A DNA stretch of 61,686 nt, the filler included, from Choristocarpus tenellus KU-1152 (lineage: Eukaryota > Protista > Phaeophyceae), in assembly GCA_964200185.2 (NCBI GenBank). It is 6 parts of 6 records of this genome, joined end to end, with 100 filler letters (N's around TTAATTAATTAA, not from the genome) between each part and the next. Parts side by side here need not be neighbours in the genome. Positions count along the whole stretch, not along the records: positions 32,310 to 47,053 come from CAXNAD020001121.1; positions 47,154 to 55,604 come from CAXNAD020004694.1; 4 more parts are not named here. One strand, given 5' to 3'. The notes below the pieces were generated by a model, which worked only from the letters and a program-made list of their open reading frames with translations, made no database searches and had not been told where the DNA came from. Position numbers and translations under genes: made by a program. Shown piece after piece: positions 36,876-47,866 of this stretch. The stretch's first letter is position 1. Each line of letters opens with the position of its first letter.

Positions 36876-39800
36876 ATGTCGGATTTGAGGCTAGCTACCC
36901 CACTCGTGGGACGTCCTGGAGGATCCACAGAGGATGGGCCGAGCCAGATATTCCCCGTAGCACCACTTTCGCCGAATGCCCCACACTCAACTATCGTCGA
37001 CGTCGTGGAGACTTCGGACGAGCTATCTCCTCCAAAGCGCCCGAAGCCGTCGGTCAATGAAGCTGCTACTGTAGGGGATACAACACCTGTTCGCACATCT
37101 CCAGCGTACGCTTCGCCTAACTCCCCCGGCTTCTCCTACAGGACTACAACTATTGAAGTTAACCCTGAAAAGATCGACCTAATGGGAATGTTAGAGGCGG
37201 AGGCAGGTATTGTGCGGTGGGTGCACGGGGGTTCCCGAACAGAAGGCGTTGAGGTGCCAACTGCAAGGAATGCAGGGTATCACAGGGAAGCAAGCCTTGC
37301 GCAGGACCTCATCGTCAGGGTGGCATCTTCTGCCCTTCCTGGGCCTGTCATCTTTGGGCTTGAAGCTGGTAAACCTTATGAGACAGAGTTTACACTTCCA
37401 GGGTGTTACACCTTCGAAGTGTTCAAGTCTCCAATCTGGACAGGCTCTTTTGCTGTAAGAAAGGCCTGTAGTAATCCGATAGCTCTAGGATCTACCCCAA
37501 AGAAATCTTCATTACAAGACGGTGGGGTTCTCGAGGTAGGGCAAGCTAAACTTGAAGGGGAACTTGGGGAACCACTGATAGAAGAAATCTTGCCAAAGAG
37601 TGAGAACAAGATGGGACCATATGCACAACAGGATCCAGTGAATATTTCGGTTGCGCAGGAAGTGGACAGTGGCGGGTGCATTTTTTCGGATGAGGAAGAA
37701 ACTTCAACTGACTGCGATGGAGGTGATGGAGAAGAGGAAGATGCACAGCCTCAGAGTGTGGCAGACATATCAGAGGAGGGCATACGACAGGATGAAGCAG
37801 AAGCAAAGGAACCTTTCCTCTATGGAAGAGAAGATTTGGTGGAGCAACCTTGTGGGAAAGACGATGAGAGCGTGGGCTTGATGTCCCTCCCAGCAATATG
37901 CCCAACACAATATTTATCACTCCCTGTTTCTGAGAGTAGTGAGGCAGTGGTGCAAGAGGGGCTAAACGCTTCTGAGGGTGAATCACTGCTAGATGTGCAA
38001 GACAACAGTGAGGCTACAGGGACTGCTTCTTTGGAAGAGTGTGTGGGATCAGGAGATACTAGTCTGCTGCCTGTTCCAATAGCTGATTGTGCAAGGGAGT
38101 TTAGGGATCAGGGTAGAGATGGGGTGGAGGATTCAACTCTTGATTTTCGCAAAAAGCATGCAAGAAATGAGCCACTGGAAAAGATGTTGGGGGGAGAGAT
38201 GCAGGAAAATGTAAAACAGGCTTCAGCAATCAAACTGGTGCAGACATTGTCACCCTCAATGGGTGATTTTAGGGATAGAAAAGATATAGGACAACTCATG
38301 CCACAAAAAGAGGGCGAGGGAAAGGGGGATGGAGCATTGAGGGACTCTGATGACAATCAAACTGAAAGAGTCATCGAGATCACAGTTCAATATACAGAGG
38401 ATGCGTATGAGGATATGCAGCAAGTGGCTTGGTGTGTACCAGGAAGTTTACCTGAAGAAGTTGAGGTAGAGGAGAATGTACTACTGCAAGAAGAAGTGGG
38501 CGTGGCTTTGGAGCAACAGGGGGTGACCAAGGAATTGGGAGGTTCCTTGTCTACAGTGGATGTGGGAGATATTTTGCCACAGCAGGATGATGGGGATGCA
38601 TCAAGCAGTTTTGGACCTGAAAAGGATAAAAATGGGGACACTCTATCGATACAGCATTCGAAGGAGCTCTTGCTCTTGGGGAAGGAGGAGGGATTGAAAG
38701 GAAAAGAGGACGAGGATGTTTCAACTCCCCCAGCTTCACCTTTGCCCCTTGTGCTCCCCATGGCTCTCACCCAGGAGGTTGAGGCAATTGTGATGGAAGG
38801 GGTCAAAGGGGAAATGCCTGAGTTGGAGGGGGCTGATGGAAAGATAGACTCGGGGGAGGGACAGAGGGAGGAAGAGGTTTTGGTGGCGTTGACAGAGGGG
38901 GGACACGAGGAAGAAAAAGGGGAGGGAGAATTGGTTGGTGCCAATACTAAAGGCCTGTCAACTCCTGTTACAACTGAAGTTGGTCGGGTTTCAATGGTGG
39001 GGGCATCAACATCAGAGTTGTCTCCTTCACCATCCCACCCCTCCACCCTGCATGTGTCGCCATTGAGTCTCCACACTGCCAGCAAGGGAGCTTTGGTACC
39101 CAAACTTGACGGTGACACTGACAGGGATGCCCCAGGTTGTAACAACAAGAGTCCAAACTTGAGCTCAAACCTTGTGAATTGTGAAAAAGGCAGCTCAAGC
39201 TTGGTCAGCTCTGATGGAGAGCATGCTGCCAGTGTAGCAGTGATCCGTGGAGGACACCTGGACATCAACCCCCTGGTGACTGAAAGCAGGCAATACCGGT
39301 TCCCCTCGGTTGTTCTGGTGCCAGAAGGAGTGAATGTGACCCAGCAACTGGACCAGGCTGATTGTGCAGCGCACCATCCTGAGGACACAGGCTTGATGTT
39401 GCAGTCTAGCTCACCGCTTGTGCCACCTATCCAACCCCTCCAGCAGCGGCTGCAAGTTCTTGAGAGGGACGGGAGTGGGGATGAATGGCGACTGAGCAGT
39501 CCCCTCCAGTCACCTGCACAAGAAATGGGTGATGACATCAAGTTCACCAGCATGGAGGTGCAACAGATATCCAAGGCCCATGGTAGTGGCCACATTCACA
39601 GCATTATCTCAGAGGAAAATGAGCTACAGGAGGTAACCAGGGTGAACAAAACAGCAATGAAAGATGTGGTTGAGGCTGGAGGGGTAAGTACTGCACCTAG
39701 ATATTCCTTGCAAGGATCAAAAGGGGAACAGGAAGAACAAGGTGGCGGCAATGGTGAGATGGAGGGGAGGAAGGTTGAGATTGTTGTGACAGGCGCATCT

Positions 39801-42800
39801 CCTACAGTGGCAACTCCTGTGGATGATGCATCCACCATGTCTGCTGTTGTCCCTACAATCTCACAAGTTATTGGTACTAATATATTTGATCACACGCAAA
39901 ATGTTGTAGAGGTGGAAAAAGCAGCAGTAGTGGGAAGGGTGAATGAAGCAGTGGTGGTAGCAGTGATGAAGGCTGGAGGGGCAGGGGGACCGGCAAGGCA
40001 GCAACAAGAGGGACGAGATGATGGGTGTGTGTGTGCTGAGGACATGAAGGTGGAGAGTGTGTTGATGAACACACCTGGTGAAGTTACAACTGCAAGAGAA
40101 GATGCATCAGATGTTTACCTTCCTACTACAACAGATGTCACCAGCACGGCACTGTCTGACCACCCTCACAGTAGTTTTGAAGAGGAAACAGAGGAAGATG
40201 AGGCGGTTGATGTGATTGAAACATCTATGGTAGCGATGACCAAAGCTGTAGAGGCAGACACTAGAAGTGAAGAATCTTCTGGGGGAGCAGGGGGGGAACG
40301 ACAGGATGAACAAGATGGTGGGCACGAAGAGGGGGAGGAGAAGGAGACTCAAACTGCTGCGTTGAACACTCCTCCTAGTGCCTTGTTAGCTGTTGGTGCG
40401 ATATTGCCTGCTTGTGCTCAAAGTGTTATCCGAGAGGTATCAGGAAAAGCTGAGGTGGCATTGGCGAATATAACTGTGGTGGCAGCAGCATCTGAGGTTG
40501 GAGGGGCAGGGGGAGAAGGGGGAGAACAACAGGAAGGTGAAAAAGAAGAAGTTGAGGGAAATATGGCGAAGATCGGAGCCACAGACACACCTTCCACAGT
40601 AGCAGCTGTTGTAGACAATGTGTTGACAGCGTCTGTTGTCCTACCTTGTACTTTGGAGATCATCAGCACAGCCCTGCCTGACCACAACCATAGCAATATT
40701 GCAGAGGTGACAGGGGTTAGTGAGATGACTGGGGAGAATGGTTCAGTAATGATTGGAGCTGGGAATTTAGGTTCCAAAGGTGAAGATTCTGTAGGGGATA
40801 TAGGGATACCAGGGAGGAAAGAAGAGGATGGACAAAGTGGAGACGAAAAGGTAAAGGACGGGAAGGGGGAGGTTGTTGTGACAGGCATACATCTTGCAGT
40901 GATGTCCCCACTGGATGATGCATCAACCATGTCTGTTGTCCTCCCTTCTCCCTCAGAAGCCATCAGTACTGCCCTACCTCTCCCTACTGGGAGAGAACTG
41001 GACATTTGCTATTCTCCTTCTGTACCCCCCAATGACAACCCTTTGAGCACACATGACACAGTGACTACCTTGGACAACGAAAACTCAACTCCAGAAAAGG
41101 GGAAGGTGGAACAAGTAAACATCTCACAGTCACGTGCTGTGTCTTCTCCCTGTCAGTCGTCTCCCCCAACCTACCCTGACCCTGGCCCCACTCCTCCTAG
41201 AGAGATACTGGTGGAAGTGGTCAACATGGGCAGGTTCATGCCATCAGAGATAACTATCTGCGTTGGGAGCTTGGTCAAATTCATTGTTCGTGCTGAGCAT
41301 GGATCTGAGGAGCATGAGCTGGAGGGTCGTAGCTCCATTTGGGCCCTGCGTTTTGAGTCAGGCTTGCTTCCCAATAACGGTGACACATTCTGCTGGTGCC
41401 CAAAGGTCCCTGGGAGTTTGAGAGTCCGGTCCAACGTCTATCGTGATGCCCAGGGGTGTCAAATTACTGTGTTGGGAGAGGGGGTTTCTGCTGGAGAGGA
41501 TGGTGGAGTGCCCCCTGTCCATGGTCGCAACAGCGGAAGGTTCCGGCAAAGGGGTGGTGGAGGTGGGCCGCCAGGCAAGGTTGGTGGACGTAGTGCAGGT
41601 GGGAGGGGGGCTGGAGGAAGGGCAGGGGGGGCTGGGGGAGGGAGCGGACGGGGGGGTAATGCCTCCAAATGGGCAGCAAAGTCCTTGATGGCCTCTGTTG
41701 ATGAAGTGCAACCAATTTCACCTAGTTTGAATTCAGGTAAGAACAACAAAGGACCAACTGCAGTAGGCGTAATGGGTGCTACAGTGGAAGTGGTGGGGGC
41801 AGGGACAGCTACATTGCCAAAATCCCCTTCATTTATTAACAGGACACCTGGGGTTCTCCACAACACTGCTATCTATGCTGATGATGGGCTACCTGGGCAG
41901 GAGAGCAAGATTCCTATTATGGGGACACATTTGGTAGTGGTCCAGAGCCCTGGTAAGGGCATTCAGCCTGCAAAGCTGTGTGTTTCTGAGGGCTCAATGG
42001 TCACCTGGGTGCGAGAGGAAATGACTGGGTCTCCAAAGCACGAGACATTCAAGGTAGAGACAAGCAATGGTAACATTGTGTTTGAGTTTCAACTGAGTCA
42101 AGCTTTTCCCAGAGCCCAACACACTTTTGTATGCCCTGGTAGCTACATTGTGACAAGTGAGACATACACATTTATCCAGGGAGTGATACTAGTACAGGAG
42201 GGTGGAGGTGATGACCCTGGATCAGATGCCAGTAGTTTCGATGATGAGGACAGCATACCCTCTGTTTTTCAAGACCAGAGTGGGCCTCACTGTGGCTCAT
42301 GCTCCTCTGCCACTGCTGTATTGCCACAAGTGAGCAATGCCACCCGTTTGATCTATAGCAGTGCTGTCATAACAACCAACAACACTGTCTCTGTGGCAGT
42401 ATCTTCCAGTGCTGTAGCTGTCCCAGTGGTCTGCCATGCGACCGCTACCAAAGCCACTGGCTCTTCCGCAACAGCAACTTTGATCCCAGCACCGGCAGTA
42501 ATTGCAGAAGCGACTTCAAAAGTGTCTGGGCCCGACCACTGTGGTCATGGAGGTAGTGAAGTTACTCTCCCTATGGCTGGGTTGACAAAAAATGTTTCAG
42601 TTGTGTCAAGGAGGGACCCTAATCCTGCGTCAAATAGGGCAGGGGATATCACCTTCTACAGCCAGGCCACATCCTGTGTGGCTGCAACCTTGCCCTCACG
42701 TCTCAGGTCAACCTCCCTGCCAGAGGTGTGGCTATCCTGCAAGGACACCAACCATAGGATTGGTGATGGTGGAAGTGGAAGGAGTGGTGATGGCAACCTC

Positions 42801-45800
42801 AGGACTGGAAGTGGAGTTGTCAATAGAGTCGGTGCGACTAGATTGCGTGAAATTCAGCGTTTTACCCCACACAGTGATATGCTGGGAGGGGAGGGGTGTC
42901 AGAACCGACCAAGGGCAAGGTCATCATCATGGGCAGTCACACCAAGAGATTCGAGGTCACAAGTGAGGCTGGGGGTCGGGGGAGAATCTGATGTTGCATC
43001 TGAGGAAAGGAAGGGAAGCTGTGGCATGAAAGGGATTGCGGTCCTTGCCCCATCCATCACACGGTGGAGCAACAGGAACACCAATTTGGTGAATGAGGTA
43101 GGTACGAAGGACATCAGTCAGACTGGAGGCATGGGGGGTGGTGGCGATGGAAGTGACAGAGACATTGGTACCAGGGAGTCCGATGTGGCTACTGCTGTTG
43201 TCAAGAGGGTCCTCGATGAGGTGGGACAGCAAGGTTCTGGTCCTGGGGAAACAGAGGCGGAAGAGGTGTTGAAGCGGAAGAAAAAAAAGAAAAAATCGAA
43301 AAAGAAAAAACCTCTTGGGAGTGGGGATTCAAATTTGGTGTCTCCAACTGTCAAGGAAGTGGAGGGGGAAGGGAGTGAGGGAGGACAGGCAGTGCAAGGA
43401 GATTTCCATAGCCCAGCTGCAAGTTCTCATACAAGCAACACTACAGTCCCTCCTATTTTGAGTGGAGCAGAGGGGAAAGTGCTTCAGGAGATGGAATCAG
43501 TTGCCCCATGGGATGCCCCAACAAAGACCATTGTAATAACCAGCATGGGGTTCAAGTCACAAAAGAATCAGACTGTGGAGGAGGGGACAATCTTGGTGTT
43601 CATGATGGGGGCCAAGATGCGAGGACATCCTGCTGATAGTAGAGAGCACAGGATTGTGGTGTCTGGACCGTTTGAGACAGAGGTAAGTCCATCTTCCCTC
43701 CACCTACCCCTCTTTTGCCCTTTCCCCCTTAGCATACACAGCATACCAAAACTGAGTAGACTAAATAATATAACACGGTAAAAGGAACAGATGTGCCAAA
43801 GACGGTGACAAAATGGTCCCTCCCCAAAAGTGCACACCTCCAGCACTCAATTTTTACCTCAAAGTCTATTATGCCCTTTGTGACCTTGACACAGACCTCA
43901 CAATGATTGTAGTGCAGGTGGTGGGGGCTCTGCTCTAAAGGCTTGTTTAATCTCTCAAACTCCTCACTTCTCCTGTGTTTTTTTTGCATACATCTTACAT
44001 AAATTCACAAATAGGACCCAAATAATTTAAGAGGGTAGGGCAGCGTCTATTCGGGGTCATAAATCCAATGTTGCAACTTTGATTAATTTTGGCTATCGTG
44101 TTTGATAGCAGGTGTCAATATCCTTGCTTCTAACACACCTTTCAAAGTTCTATACATTTTAGGTAACGTCTCAAACAGAAAACCGAAAAAGGACATAAAA
44201 AACCCGTGGGAAGCCAAGCCCTGAACAGACAAATAGGACAAAACTCCTACCCTCTTAAATGCTTTGGGTTATAGTTGTCAAATCCCTTTGCGGTGCAATT
44301 TTACACCTTTGCTACGGATATTAGCCACATTTTCTGGAAGCAATATATATGCCTATGCCACGAGAATGTAAGAATAGAGCTCAAGGCGTTAACTAGTACT
44401 TCTACTGCATTATTATTGCTGCTATAAAAAATAGTATGTTTGATGTAAGAGAAAAACCCCCAATAGAACGTTCTGATCTAGCACTTTTCTCCTCCCCACT
44501 TCTCTCCACGAGAAACCCTGAAATTTATTTTTTTTTGGGGGGGGTTGTAGATTCTCCGCTTGTGGATTTCCGCTGTTTAACCTTAAAAATGATACGATTA
44601 CCATGTTGAATCTTTTTGATCATTTTCTCCTGATTGCTTCTTGATCTGTGTGTGTGTCCAAACAACAACCATTCACTTCTCCCTGCCCTTGCCCCCTCTC
44701 AACATAGGAGGTTGTGGGAGATATAATATCCCCCTAGTCGTTGACACCAGCAAATACTTAGAGCAGTCTTTGTGTCGAAATTCTCTCCTGTAAGATGTAG
44801 AATTAAAAAGAAGTTATTGACCACGGATGGATAGTGTTTCTGTGTTCTCCAAGGGAGTGCTAGGAACTGCCTTTTGTGTGTAATTTGAGAGGGGGTTAAT
44901 GGGATTTTAAAATATAGCAATTGTAGTTATTGGTTTTAACTGTTAGCCTCCGCCACTCCAGTTTGGACCACCTCAAAAATTTAGTGATGACCCTGCAGCC
45001 TTTTAGCGTAATTTGTATCACAGGCCTTGCCCTGTAACAGCGAATATCCATCTCACTCCCTTACTATTGGCTTTCTTTGTCCACTAACTTATCTTAACCC
45101 CTTTTACACAGTTACCTCCCACCCTTGTCCCACTGGGTCATCAGGTTGAAAATCTTGGATGGGCTAGGGATCCTGCCAACAGCACAGTTATTAATATCAG
45201 CCCTGCAATGCCTGAGGGCTCATCACTTCCCCTGTCAAAGCCCGGCCACTATGTCTTGTCGGACTACCTCCTCCACAAGCGCGTGTTTTTCACTGTTCCT
45301 CCTTCACCTTCCTCCCTTGCCTTAGCTGCAGCAAAGGCTACGATCGCAATGAAAGAGACAGAGCTGACCACTGGGGGTGGTGGGGTTATGGGAGAACCTC
45401 AGGGAAAGGATGGAGAGAGAGATGGGGGGGGGGACAACATGAGTGTTACGGTGGCTACCACAACTGCCACAGAAGGCAACTCCGACCCTGGAGCGTCCTC
45501 AAACAAGAAGAAGAAGAAGAAGAAAGGCAAGGGAAAAGTATTGATCCCAGGGACTGCGTCAAGGACTGGTGGATCAGAGGCTCTAGTGGTGGAGAGCTTG
45601 CCTGTGACAAATGACTTCCTGGTGCCAGCCAAGGGAGGTGATAGTAGTGGGCTAGAAGGAGGGGAGTACAATGTAGTAGCTGCCAGGGTCACAGGGGTTG
45701 ATCGCCTGGTATCATCACATGTGCCAGTACCAGTGCGAGCCCTTGCAGGTTCCATTGCATCCTCTGAAGATAGGGAGAGCATCGGCAAGGAGGAGCAGGA

Positions 45801-47053
45801 GGTGCTTGAGGCTGGTGGAGCTGTGGGCAGGACAGTGCTGTCTCACAAGGGTTTTGCACCTGATTCGCTGGAGATTAGCCTCGTCCCGGGACTGGGTGCC
45901 CTGGTGTGGTGTGAGCTCGAGAGACATGAGAAGGTGGCACGGGAAGTGCGATGTCAGCCAGTGCAGGAATTGCAAGGGGGACCCTCAGAGGGGAGTGACT
46001 CTAGGACAGCCCGCCTGGCACCTGGGTGCCTACGTGCGTGCCACTTTGTTTTGAGAAAGCTGGGCCGGTACCGCTTGGTCAACAGTGAAGTTGGGAAAGA
46101 GCTGATTGTTGTGGTTGGTACAACCAAGAACGGTGGGAATGTGGGGGCGGCACCTGCTCTACTGTCTGGCAACGCCGATGTAGGTGTAGAGAGAAGAGAT
46201 GTAGTGACTGAGGTGAGGAAACAGGGAGGTTCTAAATTTGCAGCCGGAGAGATTGGAGTGGATATGGCAATGAAGCAGGTTTCCTCTCAGGCTGCAACAG
46301 TTCAGTGTCCATTACGGAGAGAAGGGGTTGATCAGGAGGGGCATCACAGGTCAGTGGGCAGGTTTCATGGCAACAGCAGGAAACCCCACAGTGCTGAAGA
46401 AGGAAAGGAGGATGGTGAAAAGAGGGGTTTCAAGGGGGGTGAGAGGGTGGATGTGGAAAATGCAGAATCAACCTCTGTTCTTTGTGTTGACGCTGATGCT
46501 CCTGGTCCAGTATCTGAGGATCGTGCCATTACTGCAGCTGTTGCTGTTGCTGCTGCTCCAGACGCTATCAATGTGGATGCCGATCATGCCTTTGCTAAGA
46601 CACTTCAAGAGGACTGGGCAAGGTCTGGGGGGGATGGGGCGCACGAAGACAATGATGAGGGAAAATTCGTGCAGCAGAAAGCCCACATCAAGCGATCCAA
46701 GCGCAAGGCAAGGCTTGATGAGCGGGCAGCTGCTGCTGCAGCTGCAAAGCAACTTGAAATGCAGGAAAAGAAAGTTGCAGCTGCAGTAACACAAGGGTCG
46801 ATAGAGGAGGTTGGAAGTGTTACCACCACTGCAACCGCTGGTGCCTCCACTTCTTTGCAGACCTCTACAACTGCCTCTACTTCTGTAGTTGGACGGCGCT
46901 CAAGACATGAGCTGAAGGGGGAACCCTGGTTGTCTAGAGGGCACAGTGGTGGGACTGGGCAGAAAGAAGGTGGTTGGGAGGGGGGGTGTACTGGTGGGTT
47001 GAGCAAGGACAGTTCTCCGGGAGTTGGAGGTTCCAGCAGCACTGAAAGCAACT
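36876..47053 (+). CDS. Giant (at least 2,916 aa, 3' truncated) low-complexity protein with about 5 cupredoxin-like domains
   Basis: Exon 36876-43682 (2,269 codons, ends GAG/gtaagt) splices in phase 0 to exon 45112-47053+ (cag/TTA CCT), which is in frame with the 45208 ORF. Long acidic/Gly-rich linkers separate recurrent beta-sandwich segments such as FMPSEITICVGSLVKF..H..GDTF..PG and IQPAKLCVSEGSMVTW..HTFVCPGSY..GVILV. Confidence 0.85.
39630..40985 (+). repeat. About five degenerate ~85-100-aa coding tandem repeats
   Basis: Recurring GGAGG..E/Q-rich..VVVTG..DDASTMS.V.P...ISTAL.DH. The DNA gttgtgacaggc..ggatgatgcatcMaccatgtctg is shared between ~39783-39853 and ~40875-40945. Confidence 0.7.
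44015..44270 (+). mobile_element. MITE family A, copy 3 (intronic)
   Basis: GACCCAAATAATTTAAGAGGGTAGG...CCTACCCTCTTAAATGCTTTGGGTT with a colinear interior. Confidence 0.85.
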
Positions 47054-47153
47054 NNNNNNNNNNNNNNNNNNNNNNNNNNNNNNNNNNNNNNNNNNNNTTA
47101 ATTAATTAANNNNNNNNNNNNNNNNNNNNNNNNNNNNNNNNNNNNNNNNNNNN
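47054..47153. other. Artificial contig linker
   Basis: N44-TTAATTAATTAA-N44. Confidence 0.99.
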
Positions 47154-47179
47154 CCCCCCCCTCCCACATACTTTGGGTC
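47154..47179. mobile_element. MITE family B terminus at contig start
   Basis: CCCCCCCCTCCCACATACTTTGGGTC. Confidence 0.7.
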
Positions 47180-47866
47180 AAATGTGTGCAAAATTAGACT
47201 TTTTCTACAAATACGTATAGGATAATCAAGCAATAGAGTTGTTTCAACAAGATTCAATCAATAAAGGAATCAACGCAAAATATTAAAAAACAGGCTTAAA
47301 ATACAAAACGACCAAAATCTGTGTAAATCCAATTACTTTGGCTCAGGGGGAAAGAAGGCTCTACACACTTTTGTATTTTGTCCATCCACTATATCAGGAG
47401 ATTCTATTTAAATTGTTTGCTCTTCTTGTAGCATAGGTAAAAAAAAAAAATAGCACACAGAAACAGCCTACACGTCACATTCAGCCAAGAATAGCACTTC
47501 TTCACTTTAACCACCCTTAGCCTCGAAATGTTAGGTTCAGTCAGAGCACAAACATATTACTTGAAAAATAAATATATATAGAAAACAGAGTGGTTTGAGC
47601 CTAGGCCACTTTCAAGCCTAATCAGTATCACATAAAATGTAAACATAGAACTTGACTGTAGAAGGTGCCTGTGTATAGAGATCAGTCACCTCTGTATCAT
47701 TCCATCAAGACACAGCACACCTACTTTGTGATGAACACAGGCAACAACACCATGGGTGTGGTGGCATGTCATTCTACACTGGAAGAAGTATATACCCTAG
47801 GCCACCAGAATGCTTGAAAAAGGATTTTGGGGAGGGGGAAGGGGGAAGGGGGAAAGAGGGTTATAC

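Noticed and set aside
43683-45111. MITEs acting as intron-generating (introner) elements
   Set aside because: The MITE copies lie inside longer introns or intergenic DNA, and their ends do not coincide with splice sites.
37400-47051. Many long minus-strand ORFs (e.g. 38387-39595, 402 aa)
   Set aside because: They are antisense shadows of the giant plus-strand CDS, Ser/Pro-rich as expected from Glu/Gly codons.
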